From the NCBI GenBank assembly GCA_965235115.1, contig OZ249436.1, forward strand, positions 34,164,001 through 34,224,000: a stretch of DNA of 60,000 nucleotides, written 5' to 3'. Below are positions 13,082 to 28,100 of this stretch, one piece after another (position 1 is the stretch's first letter; each line of letters opens with the position of its first letter). The notes beneath the pieces are model-generated. The model was given only the letters and a program-made list of their open reading frames with translations, had not been told where the DNA came from and made no database searches. A program made the translations under genes and the position numbers. The stretch comes from Laetmonice hystrix. Taxonomy: Eukaryota.

Positions 13082-16000
13082 ATCCCCATCAACAGCTGAA
13101 CCTGACCAACCGTCCCACCCCCACCTCACCGCCACCCTGCTCCTCCACTAACAAAAAACTCGCCTGATTTATCGTCGCTGCCACAAAACAAGTCCCCCGG
13201 GTTCTCCTCTTGAAACCGGGCCCCTTTTCTTATTGGTTTCAAGCCTCATGTCTGGCGTTCCTTGGAGGGAGCTAAGGTGGGTCCAGTGGGTATAACCCCC
13301 CTACCCTACCCCTCGTCTCTACATCACTGCTCTCTGACCAGCTGTGAAAGTAATCCTTGTCAGGGCACTAATAGATTGTATGGGATAAAAAACAAAGATT
13401 AAAGGATATATTCTTCTCTTACATGGATCACCATCTTTAGACATAGAATCCCTGTCTATGTGATCCAGAAGTAAAAGTAATCGTGAATTTTTATACTGTT
13501 TTTATTTGTTTTAAGGCTAAAGCTAAGAACATGTTTCAAACTGAAACATTAATTATAAAACGACCCTTATAGAATCACTCTCACATTGTGGTTCTCAACG
13601 TTTCTGTGTCAACTGTCAACTGAAAAGTGATTCAGTTTGCCCTCGTTCTTCTAAATTGGCAAAAAGCCAGAGTTTATTTTATAGCAAATCGGTGCCTTGT
13701 AAATTCCTCCGGTGAAGAACGGTTTGTGTTGTGATTCCCAGTTGGACATGTACTTTAGATCTGTACAAAAACTGTATAAAAGACAAGTGCAGTTACCGTT
13801 TGCCAGACAAGATACCATAAAAGCATTGTTACTATAGAAGAATGCAATCTGTTCAGGCACTGTGGCCATCCTATAACCTTACTATCTGTACGCGAATAGA
13901 TCAGTGTGATCAGTGGGCATCGATTGCATAAACATGACCTTCAGACTTCAGAGGGCAGAAATGGTTTCCAGTTTTTTCTATAGGCCTATAGATTTTACTG
14001 TTTGGTGCCATCCTTCAGACTGACCATTGGTGTATATTGTAGGTCTGGAGGGCCAGTGACAACTGGGTGCATGTCTGACCACTCGGTCGATGACCTGTAC
14101 CACTGCCCCCCCCCCCCCCCCCACACACACCCAGCTGTTGCCGGGTTAACCTTCGTGTACCCACCAGTCAGCCAGCCTCAAACTCCACACAACCTCTCGG
14201 CCAGAGTTTTTGTCCTCCTTCAACCCAGACGTGAGGAGAGAGGACCTATAGGTTGACATCGTTTATAGTTAGCTCTAGTCCCACATGAAACAAATGGAGG
14301 TAGAAAAAAAAACTAGAGGCGGTCAATATACAGTCCGATCTCCCTCTGCACTTCTTCATCCTTTCTTCACCCGCTTCGCGCACAGGAAAGTTTACTGATC
14401 AGTATAGAACGGCCTTCAGACTATATTCAGAGCGGGTGAGAGGATATACCATCGGACGATTGTGGAAACAATTGCGTTTATTGCATGAAAATGCAACGTT
14501 TTTCAATAGAAATGATGGCCTTTATAAAAATTCATTCATACTACAAAGTTGACCTTTGTTGAGGAGTGACCAATGGGTGTAGAAAGTTGGCAGAGATGAG
14601 CGGTGGATCTGAGGTATAGATGTAAAATCACAGATTGATCATGGCAGCCGTTGTGTTGGCCAGATACAGATTTTGTACATCGCCCCACCCGTGTAACGTA
14701 CAGTCACCGTGAGAACCTACTTTGTCTCCATATCCTCATCATTATGATGACGGAGACGCTGATCGTCACCCATCAGGTGACAGTCTCTAGACAACAGAAC
14801 GATACACAGCGAGATGGGGCGGTGGTAGTATAGGACAGGGGCTCTGTAAGGTGACGATTGCGGCTTGAGTGGCCCGCATGTCCCGGCCGGCCTGGTCGCC
14901 TGACCTGATGGGGCTATGTGCGCGCAATGCCATGTCATAGTATGCCATCTCGCCACCCATAAAAAAACTACATGCTCCTTCCTGACCCAGGAAACAAATA
15001 TTTTGCCACATACAATCACAGGGCGGGCGGGAGATTTATGCAGGCTGTGGTGGACCAGTTGGACTTGGCATGCCATCAAACACATTCCGAGGGTATGAGT
15101 TGTATGGAGGAGGGCCGTGGTGGGCCACCACCGGCCGATATACGGGACGGACGGCCGGGCGGCGACATGACACCGGCCCGCCTGGCTCACTGCGATCTGA
15201 CCTCGGTCGACATGTCGATATAAACACCACCCCGGCCGTGTTATCGTTAGGCCGGTAAACTGAGAGGATTATGACGGAACCGCGTGTTTGCGAGTTCACA
15301 TGATGCAACATGACGTGGCGGGGAGTTCGGGGGGTGGGAGGAACTTTGGTGTCGGTGTCGGGAGGTCGGGGCAGGTCATGTGAGACAACATGGCGAGGTG
15401 TCATCACTTGACCTCTTTCTCTCCATACTCAGCGACGTTCCCACTATTGTTGGCCTCTACCAACGCCAGGTAGATCGCTAAAGGCGCCATCATACGACTC
15501 GGACAATGGTGTTTACCACGTAATGTCACTAACTACAAACATAGACTATCTATGTGTGGTGTTATATACGGACCTGATGGGAAAACGGTTTGACTATATG
15601 GTCCATCCCCAAACTAACCCTACTTATCTGAATATGTATGCTCTAAATTCCAAACTGCGACATGCAAATAACTGCTGCATATATCAAACTTTTTTTTACC
15701 CCACTGTAAAATGATGTTCAAGGTGTAGGTGACTTCTTTTCAGTTGGTGGAACACCTATGTTGGGTAGCCGAGCAAATATTTGTGATGTGGTAGATATGA
15801 TAGATGTAGCGGTGCTAGACTAGGTTACTTCTTGTCAACTTTTTAACGTTCAATCCCTTTTTTTCTTAAATTTAGATAGACTTGAGTGTTATGGCGTTTC
15901 CAGTAGCAGAAATTCACGTAAAAGGATGAAGTCTGGGAACTGATACATGCAGGATGGTGCGTACATATATCAAATAACACTGTACACATCATTGAACCAT

Positions 16001-19000
16001 GTACTGTCATTGATTCTTTGTAAAATCATTTACATGCCAACATCGTGAAACATGTGATGTTAAATGATAATATGAAAAGATATATATCAAGTGAATCTTT
16101 CCAGACATTTCTTTAAAAAGCCAGTTGAGTAAAAAGAGTTTTTGGTTAGCCGTTTCTCGTGGATACGTATAACTTGCCTAACAAACGTATATATTTCCTG
16201 AAGTACTTTGATATAGAGTGAATCCTGGGCGCAGTTTCTACAAACTTAAGATACTGCTTAAGCTTAAGCTTAACGCTTCTGATTGGCTGGTCTATAAGCA
16301 GGATCTGGGCCCTAGACTGCGGTATGAAAGAATAGAACCCATTCCTTCTGTGTACTTTAGTATGTATCTTTAATAACCATGATACTGAAACAAACACGTT
16401 TGCATGTTATAGACTACAAGCCGTCATGCAGTCACGGATAAACAAAGGTTCATGTAGGCCTACATATACTTGTATAGGCGTCGCCTCGGCCCAGAGGCTG
16501 CCATGAGTCATATCTGAAGGATTTCTATAAAAATGAGTAAGACTGATATTATCATTTACATCGTCATCGATAAAGGTATGGTAATGCGCTTGTAAAGAAT
16601 TTGGCAAACATGTGGTTTAAAAAAAATACTTAAAAGAAGAGAGGAGGAGAGGGATAGCAGATGGCTGAGATCATCAAAATATAGCTGTCACACGGAGCCA
16701 CACTTCACCTGACATTGCCGTCTTTGAATGGTACAAAATGAGATCTGCACATCAAGTGGTTAGAAGTTCTCGCAAACAGCACCCACAATCCGGCACCTAG
16801 AGTAGCGGGTAATCACACCTTAAGTGCTAGTTTATCAATCCTATCTGTCATATTTGCCAGACGATTATCCTTCGTACGAATCTCAGTTTATGTGAAAATT
16901 GTTTATGGGTGTGGAATGGCGCGCTATTTTCCCGTATCTTTCCCACTTTCTTGTAAAGAAAGGTTCCATAATAGCGCTTATGATTCAAGGAAGGTCATCG
17001 GTGGCGACATCTGGGCGTTTTGTCATCCTAGCGGTCATTAGAATTTCCCGCAAATAATAGTTCATTTCGCTATAGCAAAAACCTTCAGACAGTGAAGCAG
17101 ACCTTCACTTTACAGGTAATTGTCTAAAGTGGCTGAGGCACTTGGCAAGTCGTTACGTCTGTCTGTCTGCCGTCTAGATGTTGCATCTAATGTGTGTTTT
17201 AGCCGTAATGGTTCTAGAGGCTAGCCCAGATACGCCGCACCTGTGGCAGATTACGGCACCTAAGTTGGCTACAAAACGTCGGTGAAAAGTTGGCTGCCCG
17301 CTTCGCCAAGAACTCCCCCATGACAGGCCCAACCATCAGCACCCATTAAGAATGGAGGGAAAGGGAATAATGGCCGCTGATTGTCCTGCATGTGCTTTTA
17401 TTGTCAGTCTCCACAAATATTTTGATTACTAGGCCCTGGAGTGAAGGTGGGGTGGAGGGGTGGGGTAGAGAGCCCGGGTATAATGTTGGGTATAAAAGCG
17501 AAGCAATAAGGTTCCGATTCTGGTGGTTGGTAAAGTAAAGTAGGGTGAAGCAAGTGGTGACAATTATGCTGTCAAAGATCAGGAGAGTTGAAGGCAGTGG
17601 GCCTGTGTTCTCTATGGTAATGAACAGGGGAGCTTTGACCTGGGGTTACATGTAATGGTCGGTTAGCTACACTGACTGGCATGGCCAGTGGACCACCTCG
17701 CTACAAACACACCTATTATGGTCATTACTCAAAGTTTATCAGCTTAAAAGTCCACGCCATGGCTGCGTGTGTCAGGCCCTGCCTCCGCTCATATCTTTAC
17801 ACAGAACTATATAATATGTCGGTATATGTAAGTGTGCACATCAGCGGATTAGTTGGAAGCGTTTTGGTATGGGGTTTGGCAGACAGGTTGATGATTCTTG
17901 GCCCTTGGCCTCGGTAGGCCGACAACCCAGGTGACCCATCCTAACCTACCTATACCCCCCTCACCTCCCAGCCAGCAAAGTCAGCTCCTATACTCCGTGC
18001 GGAGGGTAATTGTTACCCCCGCCTTGCCCCTACCCCTTTTATAGTTCTCAATTATGTTGTTTCTCCGTTCTCTCATGTGTGCCAAACTACTGTGGAGCTG
18101 ACCCGATCTTGTGATCCTTTTGCACCATTTCGTGGCCTGGCCTCATCCGAAGGCCCTATGATATGCCGGTGAGTGACCTCGTGACCTTAGAGCCTGCCCT
18201 TCGGTGACCTTTGGGTGTGATTATATGGCCTTGTGTCATTGTCATAGCGACACGCCAGGCGGCGGTCGTAGTGAAGCACCGCAGACATGCCAGCTATGTT
18301 GATCGTAGGAACTTTTTCTACTCCCCCCCCCCTGTGTCCGAGGTCCAGTGGTAGCAGTTACAGGCGGCCCTCACCTATAACACGCACACCACACACTACC
18401 GCGCACAATGAGTAGATGACACTCGGCCACGTCACCCATGGCATGCCCGTGTCACTGACAGGACCCTATAGTGTCGACCTCCATGTCACCAACAGACGTT
18501 CAGCAGTGTTACGCCGACACTAACATGACATTTTGGCCTGGGTTCAGTAGAAATGTCACTCACTAATCCAAACCTCGCTATAGAACCTAGATATATAGTA
18601 TAGTGACCACGCCATTCAACAACCTTCAACAGTCTTAGTGCACGTACTAAATTCTAAATTCCCCGCTACTTCCCAAACTTTGCCTGTTATATATGCGCTC
18701 TTGAAAGTTTATAATTATGCGTAGTAATAAGCTTTGTTACTAATAGTGACCTCTTTTGAAGTTAGAGTCTTCTTCAATCAATACATTACTGGTTTGTTTT
18801 ATATCTGATGTCATGTTACTGAGGTCTAATTAAGTGATTGTTAGGAACTAATACCTGGGCATAAAGTACGTCTATATCATGGTCTGGTCTAGTAGACCCC
18901 CCCCCCCCCCCATCCAGCTGAATCATCGAACTGCTATTTTGAAGATAAATACAGTCATACCTAGATATATACCTGTCAGGTACGTATAGTGGGAGGGTGA

Positions 19001-21052
19001 ACAGTTTACCTTTGCTGGGGAGAACGCTACTATAGTCTTTGGGGGGGGGGGGGGTGTCCGGCGACCCAAACCACAGAGCACTTTGTGTGCTGTTCACTGG
19101 TCACTTGATGGTCATTTGATGACCTGTGGTCACGCCAACAATTACACCCCAGTGGACAATTGCTTTTTGTCGTCCTGTGATAGGGGAGGAGGCCACCAGG
19201 AAGGACATGCTTTATACTGGATCTCTGTCATTGTGGAGAGGCACACAATGAAAAGGTAGTTTGTAGGTGTTTCTATAGGACGGAGTGTGTATGGAAACTG
19301 TATCTTTTCAACTGGGTCGTGAGGACAGGGTTGGTGAGGGTTTGGATTCAACAATACTTTGATTACTACCTTTGTTTGATTTATGACCTTCAGGTATGAA
19401 AGTTCCGAATTGTTTCCCACACCTGATCCCGGATTGATATTAAGGTCCTTGGTCAAACGTTTTTGTAGTACTATAAGACTCTACTCTCTGTCAGTGGCCC
19501 TGAAGTCGGCCTTCGTACACCAACCACCGACTCCGCCCTAACAACCGGTCAAGATATACGAGTACTTATGTGTTATCAAGACCAGCTGTGGACAGTGGAC
19601 ACCAAAGTGACCATGTCTGACTGTCCAGGGTCGAGCTACTAATGTGGCACCATGCTGGCATTTCTAGTGGCCAGGGTCAGTGAGATCAGACTTGAATACA
19701 CCACGCATGTACCACGGTAGGCCGCTGACCATCGCTTGACCACTCTCCTCCTGCACATGATAATGTGGTCAAGCGAGGGTCACAACCTGGTACCGCGTAC
19801 TGCGACCAGCCACTGGCTGCGATAATTAGAGCCTTGGGTCAGCCCATATTATCCATGGCCACTGCAACATACCTGGCGCTTGATTGCTGCATTAATTCGG
19901 GAGCTTGGTGGTCAGTGATGGAAATGATGACGAGGTCAAAAGGTCGGCAAGGTGAGGTCAAATGTGAGTGAACTGCATGTTGGGAGCTCCGGCCAGGTGA
20001 AAGGTCATGATATGTATGACCGTTAAGGTGTGAGTGTGCCAAAGAAGATACAATATTTATCCGAGGGCCCTGCTCCTGTGGCTTGATCGGTTACTCCCAT
20101 TTGAGCAATAAAAACCCCATTACTGAAATTTCATCATTTACGATAAGCTGTCCATGCAGAGTTCGGTGGTAATTAATATTTTATTAGAAATAAAAAGTGA
20201 GCTCCAGGCGAGTGATTGCATTGGAGTTGCAGTAAATGTCGGATTAATATATATTGGAGTTAAGAAGGAGTTACAGGTATAAATCAGAAGTCGACAGATA
20301 TAAAACAGCACCCGTACTGTAGCCATAGAGCCGGCAAGGTTTTTTTAAACGATAAGCTTCACATGCCATGGCGATCGGTTCTTGAGCAGGGCCTCCTCAT
20401 AATAATTACTTTAATTACAGGTGGTAATTAACCTGAAGCAGGTTTGATGCCACATCCAATTGACTCCCCAAGCAAACGATTGATGTCGGCAAGATGATGC
20501 ATGGTGGCTTCACTTGGCAAGGCGGAGGGTGGAGGGGGGGGGGGGGGCTGCGGATCTGGGCAGACATGGCCCACAAGTACAGTCTTCCTCATCAGTGGTT
20601 TCCGAATCAGCCCAGCTGAGTCCATGGCATCTCAGCTCAACTCCTGCTTCATAACTCCCACTCGATCAACGACCGAGCGATCACCGACCTGGTATCATCT
20701 AGGGAGGGGGAAAAACAAAGATTCCTGAACGATGAGCTGGGATATGGCACGTTCAGTGTTCGTTTACAGTTTATTTTGGTTTGTTCGAGAATTATAGCAT
20801 GCTGTAATGAATGATAACACACTGAAAATGTTTAATCAAACTGGTTAGCTTGGATGAAACCATCCTAATGCTTCAGAATATTTCAGTGTGATACCCTGAC
20901 TTCGGGTTTAAAGAGAAATATGTTTTTGTTCCTTGGTATTGAGTTCTCAAAGTGATAAGAGAAGATGGATCATTGTGAGATAAGGAGTGGTATGGTTGTC
21001 GTTAGTTGGAGATGCTATCTAATCTGATGGTCGAGGCTGTCACCCAACCTCA

Positions 21053-21114
21053 CCCCACCCCTGGCTGGCCCTGCGAGTACCAACCCCACCCCTGGCTGGC
21101 CCTGCGAGTACCAA
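21053..21114. repeat. Perfect tandem duplication of 31 bp
   Basis: ccccacccctggctggccctgcgagtaccaa x2. Confidence 0.92.
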
Positions 21115-24100
21115 CAATAGGGTACCTAACGTTCTGGGTACTCCAACAAGTGTGGTATACAACATCAGTCAACTGACCGTCACGATTCGCCTCACTCTAT
21201 CTAAATCAGGCCTCAGTGGGGGTAACCAACAACCACAGACACCGTTTGACGTCTAATTATCTACAAATAGCCTCCCTGTGCCTGTGGTTAAAAGTTAAAT
21301 GAAAAACGACCTTTTATTGATCAAAGAAATTGGTTAAAAAGTACAGAATAACTACACAACACGATGTGGATGTAATACAGAACGGTTCATATTGACGGTG
21401 TTTGTCAAGAAACTATTTGAATTGTATTGAGTAAATGACAAAATGTAGAACAGTCGCTTTCCATTTCTAGCCGAGTGAAGCCGAGTGAAGGCCTTTCTAG
21501 TGATCAGAGGTTGAAATCGTTCATGCAGGTTTCATTCATGTTTATTTAAACCTGTCAGGGAAACATACCGTGTTAGAAAATATTCTCATGGCATGCACTG
21601 GGGTTCGATCTACATGTTTCGCGTTAAACAGCAAGACAAGCTAAGTGACAGAAATTCAATATGTCTTCATGCAAAACCATTCAGTCTCGTGGGAAATTCA
21701 TGACATTGGCACTGTAATTTCCAAACAATAAGTTTTACCTGACTTCGAACGTAGAACAATTGGAAAGTTCTAGGATCAAGTCTGATTATAAAGCTTGAGC
21801 TATACGCAAATATATATAACGAAGCTATATAACGAAGGGCAGATTATGTCTGTTAGATGGACATTGGAGTGCACCACCATGCGCGTGTCACCTAGCAACA
21901 CCTTTTGACTGGGAATGTGGAGTTTTGGTGGCGGAGCAGGGTCAGGTTGGTGTGACTTGTAGCAGACGGGACGTGGAGAAGGTGGCTGGAGGCGGCGCCG
22001 GCGGCCACGCTCCAACCGGCCGAACACGTGTCGCGAGCAGTACACAGGACATGGACATCGACTCTTCTACTTCTCACATATATACGGTCCAGTCTCAGAC
22101 AGTACGTGTGTAAGGGGGCGGGGCAGGGAAAGAGAAAACTACTCAACAAAACCTCCATCGGGGAGACAAGGCGTAGTTTATCGTCATGTGGCTAGAGCTG
22201 CTACAAATGGTAAAACATGTCGGTGTAGAGCCAAGGCGTTTCTTTGAACATCACATATAGGTAATAAATGTCCACATATAGTAGCGACCGTACACTTTAT
22301 TTGACAAAGGTCAAAGGTTCATTGCTGCTCTCCTACTAACGGTAACTCAGTGAGTTAGCAATGGTGATGATGGTTTGCTTAGACATCAAAATAACTCCTT
22401 TTTAATATTTTAAAATATTCTTTATACATATTTAAATCCTTTCTAGAACTTCTCTACAAGCTATGGTACTATGAATGTACAAATGTAGTTGTTCATAAAG
22501 AGTTCATTGCTCATCATCTGTCCATAAGAATACTAATATGTGCATAAAAAAAATTGGCGCAAGAGTTCAACTATAGGGAAAGAAAGTTGCGATAAACTTC
22601 TCACCATCAACTGTAAGCTGTGAGGAGCATTGGCATAACTTTAGTGCCTAAGTGCACGAGGAAGGTGAATATAATTTAATGTCACGATAATAAGGCCTAT
22701 AGATTAAGTAACATTTCGTAAGTATTTTATGTACAAATAATTTGCGAATATTTTACATATAGATATGTCTTAAAAATTAGAAAGCAATTTCCGCCACCGG
22801 AGAAAGGATACGAAGCATTTAAACCTGAACCGACCGGAGTAAATGGAGCCAGCCAAGTTTATCAACTTGGACTCCACCCCTATAAACCGGACCAAGTGGT
22901 GATCGACCGACATAGCGTGCCGTCACCACAACTAGTCACTGGGGCCAGTCACCTTTCCCTGTCACCCACCGACGGTTTCCTTGACCTTCACGTCACAACC
23001 CGATCTCTATGGCAACGCACATGGCGCTGACCTTGGCCGACCTTGTAGCACGAACAAGTGGGGCCCTTATTTCAGCACGCAGTTAAAGTGACTGTTATGG
23101 TCACTCGTGTCAACGGTGATGGGCCACATCAGCCACTGGCAACAATTTGAGGTTTAACCTAGGGCAAGGTCACGGCAAGGTCGAGTCTCCTCTAGCGCTG
23201 TCTTGATGGTACAGAAGCATATTCAATTAGGTTGGTAACATGGTAATTGTAATGACAGAAATATGTAGGTGGACTATTAGAGGCATGGAGGACAGGACAT
23301 GCTTCAACTGTATGACCCGTGTATAATGGGTCTCGGTCCATGTCTCCACCTCCAACTTACATATGCAACCGCCAACGGGGATTGAGGCTATAGGGGAAAA
23401 AGCTGTTGCCGAGTGATTATGATAATTATGCATGTAGCCCTAAGCCATGCCGGGACCTCAGGTCATATTCATGGCATAATTCCAACCACCTCAGCCATTT
23501 TCCGCCTCCTGGATTTTTTCCCCAATATCATTTCCCAATCAGTTTTCCATTCGGGAGCGTAGTTTTCTGTCATTATACTTTGGACATGTTGTAATTCGGT
23601 CAGAGCGATCGGCGTTTATTAATGCACATACGATTAATTCTTTAAAAAAAATAACATTGACGTAAATTGGTGGTCAAGTTCTGGGTCAGATGTTGAAACA
23701 GAAGTATAGGCATACTTCCTGCTTAGTAACTGGTCAGTAACTGAAGTTAGAACACAAGAACGCAAAACTTGATGATAACTTCCTAACTTCCTAATAAAAT
23801 AATGATTATAATGTTTACTGTGATGATAGACATTTCCTTAGCATTCCTAGACGTAGATGCCATATATTCTTTGCCTGACAAAAAGTTATATGATTACAAC
23901 AATGGATATATTCTCATACATTATATTGGACTATACGTATTGAGTTTGACTATACTTTGATACAAGGACATACTGTTGGAGAATGATACCATATTAGAAT
24001 CTTGTTCACGTGAAAGACATCACACATAATTGAACAGTGATTGTGTCCGCCACGCCGACCATAACAAGAGTGGGAAAACGTATCGTGATACGTCATTGAT

Positions 24101-25115
24101 CACTTGTACCCTCTATACACATTGCCACAACAAATTAATGTTTCCATAGGTGAAAAAACAGTTATTTTCAGAGCAGTCAGCCAGCCCTAAAACAAGCTAA
24201 AACAAAAATGGGTGTGAAATGTTTTAAAATATGAAGCTGTCATGACCAAAAAAAGACAACGTGTTTGAGTTATTTTCAATTCTGTAATTGCGTTTTTTAT
24301 TAGAGATTAAAATTTAAAGGAGTGTAGTTTTTGATACATGCATCCAGCTCGACGCTACATGTTGTTGACAATATAGCCGTCAACTGTCAAATCGGCCGGA
24401 ACATATTGACATCCACAAATGGATTAAACAATCGTTGGTTATCAGCCTCTTGTGAAGATGCAACCAAGGGAATATGCGTCCCATCGATGTCAAGCACCAT
24501 ATTCCCACAGGAATTCAATTCTTTGATAAATACACCGGAACAGAAATAAAAATACAAAAGACTGAAGAGAAGAATGTAAAATAGAAAGAAAAATTTGACA
24601 TTGAAGTAATAGGAAATGTGACGAGTATGTCACAAGTCTAGTGGTGGTTTTGTGTGTATGTGGGAAGGGAGAATTCAAGTGGTAGAGGTTCTGCTTGCTT
24701 CTTGTATACCGTCATACATAACATCCAAATGTTATTACTTTTTATTAAATGCAGTCATTTTGAGAAAAAAAAGAAAATTCATGAAGCTTGATTCAAAGCT
24801 ATAATAAAATAACTTTGCTTATCCTTTTTTTCCTGGCCGTAAATCGTGTTTTTCTTTCTTAAATTGCAATATTGACACCGAGTGGACCTCAAGCAAGTTC
24901 ATGGCGACCATTAACCTAAGATACGATTTGGATGTGTTTGGGTGCGTGTACCGATAAGATGCATAGCCAGTAGCGTATTCTGAAAACCTGACTTAATGAG
25001 ACAGCTTCGACAGGTAAGTGTCAGGTGATTTGATATGACAGCTTACATATTTGCTATAGGTGAGCCGTCTAGGCACAAGGCAGTCCATGGAACTGCCTGG
25101 CCTCCTGTCTACATC

Positions 25116-25180
25116 AACCACCAACGACCACGCACGACCACCACCGATCACCAACGACCGCCACCGATCACCGCAGACCA
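25116..25180. repeat. Degenerate ~10-bp tandem repeat (ccacc(a/g)a(c/t)(g/c)a)
   Basis: ccaccaacgaccacgcacgaccaccaccgatcaccaacgaccgccaccgatcacc. Confidence 0.65.
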
Positions 25181-28100
25181 CATTCCTGACAGCCAAATAT
25201 AATACTGAACACCACTCGGTATAAACCAATAAATATAAAAAGTTTAGCATATTTTTAATGTGAGATTATTACAAGATACACCTAATGGAACACATTTAAG
25301 CCTACTCTGGGCCCTTTCAACAAATTTCACTTCGAAACTGCATTACTTGATCAGAAACAACCATAGGTGTTTTCCCCGACTTCTTTTCTTGTTTCTCGTC
25401 TCAAATTAATACTGGATGGACAGGAAGCAGGGACGACATCTTTGGTAACTCAACCCGTGTTGTTTTAAAGGCCTTGTATATGATACCTAACCACAGGACC
25501 AGTGCCTTCGGTGGACTTTGATACTCTTGCTTGTTTGATCATCTCCTGTTACTGGGCTTTTTGCCCCTTCCGGTCTGTTTATTTAGAAACAAAGGATTTT
25601 CCTCTCTTTTTTAAACATGACTGAATGCAGAAGGGTATTTCAAAGTTGAGTTGTTTAGAACTGCTTAAAAAAGGTCAACTCCATATTGTATGCAAGTGTA
25701 GAAACTCAGACATCTTTCCGTCTAAGATTAGTCTTGACAACTCCCCCACGACTGAGGGACTCCAGCAAGCTTAAACAACTCAGGCTAAAAAGGAATAGAT
25801 TTCAGATGTCTCCCAAAAAGATACAAAAAAAGACAGTCAGTGTTAAACAAACCAATAGCAGTGTTTTGAAGTCAGACCATGATAGGCATCAGAGCAGACG
25901 AGAGGAAAGGTTCCAAAGCGTGTACAAACAATATTTTCGTTTGTGGAGGGCGGGAAGATAACTGTGTTGACTTACTTGTTCTACCCCTTATCTGAACTGG
26001 GTCAATAAATATGAAATAAGAATATGCTCTGGAGAAGAACTGAGAAGGCAGAAGGGGAGGGCACCCCGTTTTGACCTCCGAGGGCAGTGTCAAGGTCAGC
26101 GCTGTAAGGTCAGGCTTTCATCCAGGGCATTGCCAGGGGCTGGAGGACCAGAGCTCCGTACTGGGGCAGGCTTTACGACTGACCATGGAGAAGGTGCAGA
26201 CTGAACGGTCGAGTCTTTAACGTCATGTGTGGCGTACAACCAATATCAGAGATTCTGAGCAAACGGTATAATATTATGCAACAGCATATTGGCTCTTACA
26301 GGGGAGGACTTTTAAACAAGTAGTTTCGCACTGGTTGTTGCCATTCATTGTATCCCATGCCTTTCTCTGCCTTCTATTGGGTTCAAATTTCTTTTGTGTT
26401 TTTTTTGTGTGTTCATTCTTCAAGTGTCCCTTTCATAGTTTCATTGCTGTCCTCTCACCCCTTCGTCTTTGTCTAATATGTCTAGTTCCTGTTTTCTTGC
26501 AAACTTTGCATCCTCCTATCATTTACACATGGGTTCTATATGGCGTTCTGTGTGAAAGTGTATCCCACCCTATGATTGCCATGTTACGTATCAGTGACCA
26601 GATTGATAGCCGAGTTGATTGAGAGTTATAGACGCGTTCTGCCGTCCGCCGAGATCCACCTTGTACTGGGGTATGTAATTACTGCCACATGACGGTCGTC
26701 TCTCCACGCCACAGACCGGGCCGCAATGACGCACGATTTATATAGGCGGACTTCTCCGTCAGCTACAGCTGCATGGACGTCGTTACATTACGTCCATACA
26801 AGTGCGACCTAATGGGTGACAACAGGTGGTCAACGATATCAGTGGGGCTGATGTTTTAAGGGTTGGTTGGGGTGGTATGGACGAGGGTCAGGTGGGGCCT
26901 CGATCCCCAACCCCACCCACCCCCGCCCAACTCCTGTTTCTGAGATGTCCTTTTGACTATGCTGGGCCAGGAAGATGAATGGCTGGAGTTGGCAGTGAGC
27001 GGTGAGCTGCCGCTGCCCCTGTCTGTTGTACCGGCTACAGGGGAGGCGGTGGCGGCGGCGTGGGTTGACATGTGGTATGGGGTTGTGACCTGGCGTGGCC
27101 CCAGTTTCACCCCTCTAGACCCATACATCACCGGGTCTGTCTGGCCGGGTGACACCCCACACCCTACACCATCCACCCCCTGACACAACCCCCTCCAGGC
27201 TGGACAGCAAGGTGGACAAAATAAGGCCTTAACTGTGGGAAGAGGGATCCAGCTCGAGCAACTTTTAACGGTCACTGCGGCTACCAGTTTATCAAAGTAC
27301 CTGTCACAGGCCCTCTCACTATTACCGGTGCGTTCACTGTATAGCACCTGATATACTATCACACAGGCCTAATGGGCCCCACCCCAGTTGTACTTTACTG
27401 TTTTCCCCCGGTTCAGTGGTTGTTAGGGGGGTTGGGGTGGAGTTTTACTTCTATGATACATGATATAAAAAAAGATCGCCATTCCCATGCCACCTTGTGT
27501 GTATTAAAGAGATCGTTTACAGATTTTCCATCAGGAACTGCCGGTGAGCGCGGTCTCAGCAGTATAAGCCATTGTAATGGTTTATGTACATTTTGAAAGT
27601 AGCTCGTCTATGGCAACAGTCAGTTTGTTGTCAGAGGTGAACTCGTCGCTGCCATGTGTCACCGTGGTTCACCTTGAGAAACCTCCACCGTCACCCCCAC
27701 CCCGACCCCCCGCCGGATCCATGTGTGTGTGCCCCGGACAGAGATCCAATCAAAGGGCCGGGGGTATGACACCGAGCCTTTCATCTCCCACCCCTTACAT
27801 CTACCTTTTGGCCCGGACTCTTGATCTGTGCTAGCCGGGGCTGACACAGGTGAGCACCCCCACAAAAGGCAGGGTGGTGCCGTATGAACCTGACTGCGCT
27901 GACTTGGTGGCCCTGGCAGCCTTACCTTGCCTCACATGTCGGATTAAAACATACCCCCAAAGGATGTTTCGCTCCAAAAGAGATAAGTACAGCAAAGAAG
28001 ACATTCAGGTAGACGTGTGTAGTGTTGATGGAAGGTCTTGTGTCGTAGTTGTATAATGCTACGGCTAATCTCAGTGCCAAGGGAAAGGTGTCTTAGTGCC

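Noticed and set aside
17098..17122. Additional AG|GT site ccttcacttttacag|gtaatt
   Set aside because: Shorter, interrupted pyrimidine tract and weaker donor; not distinguishable from background without RNA data.
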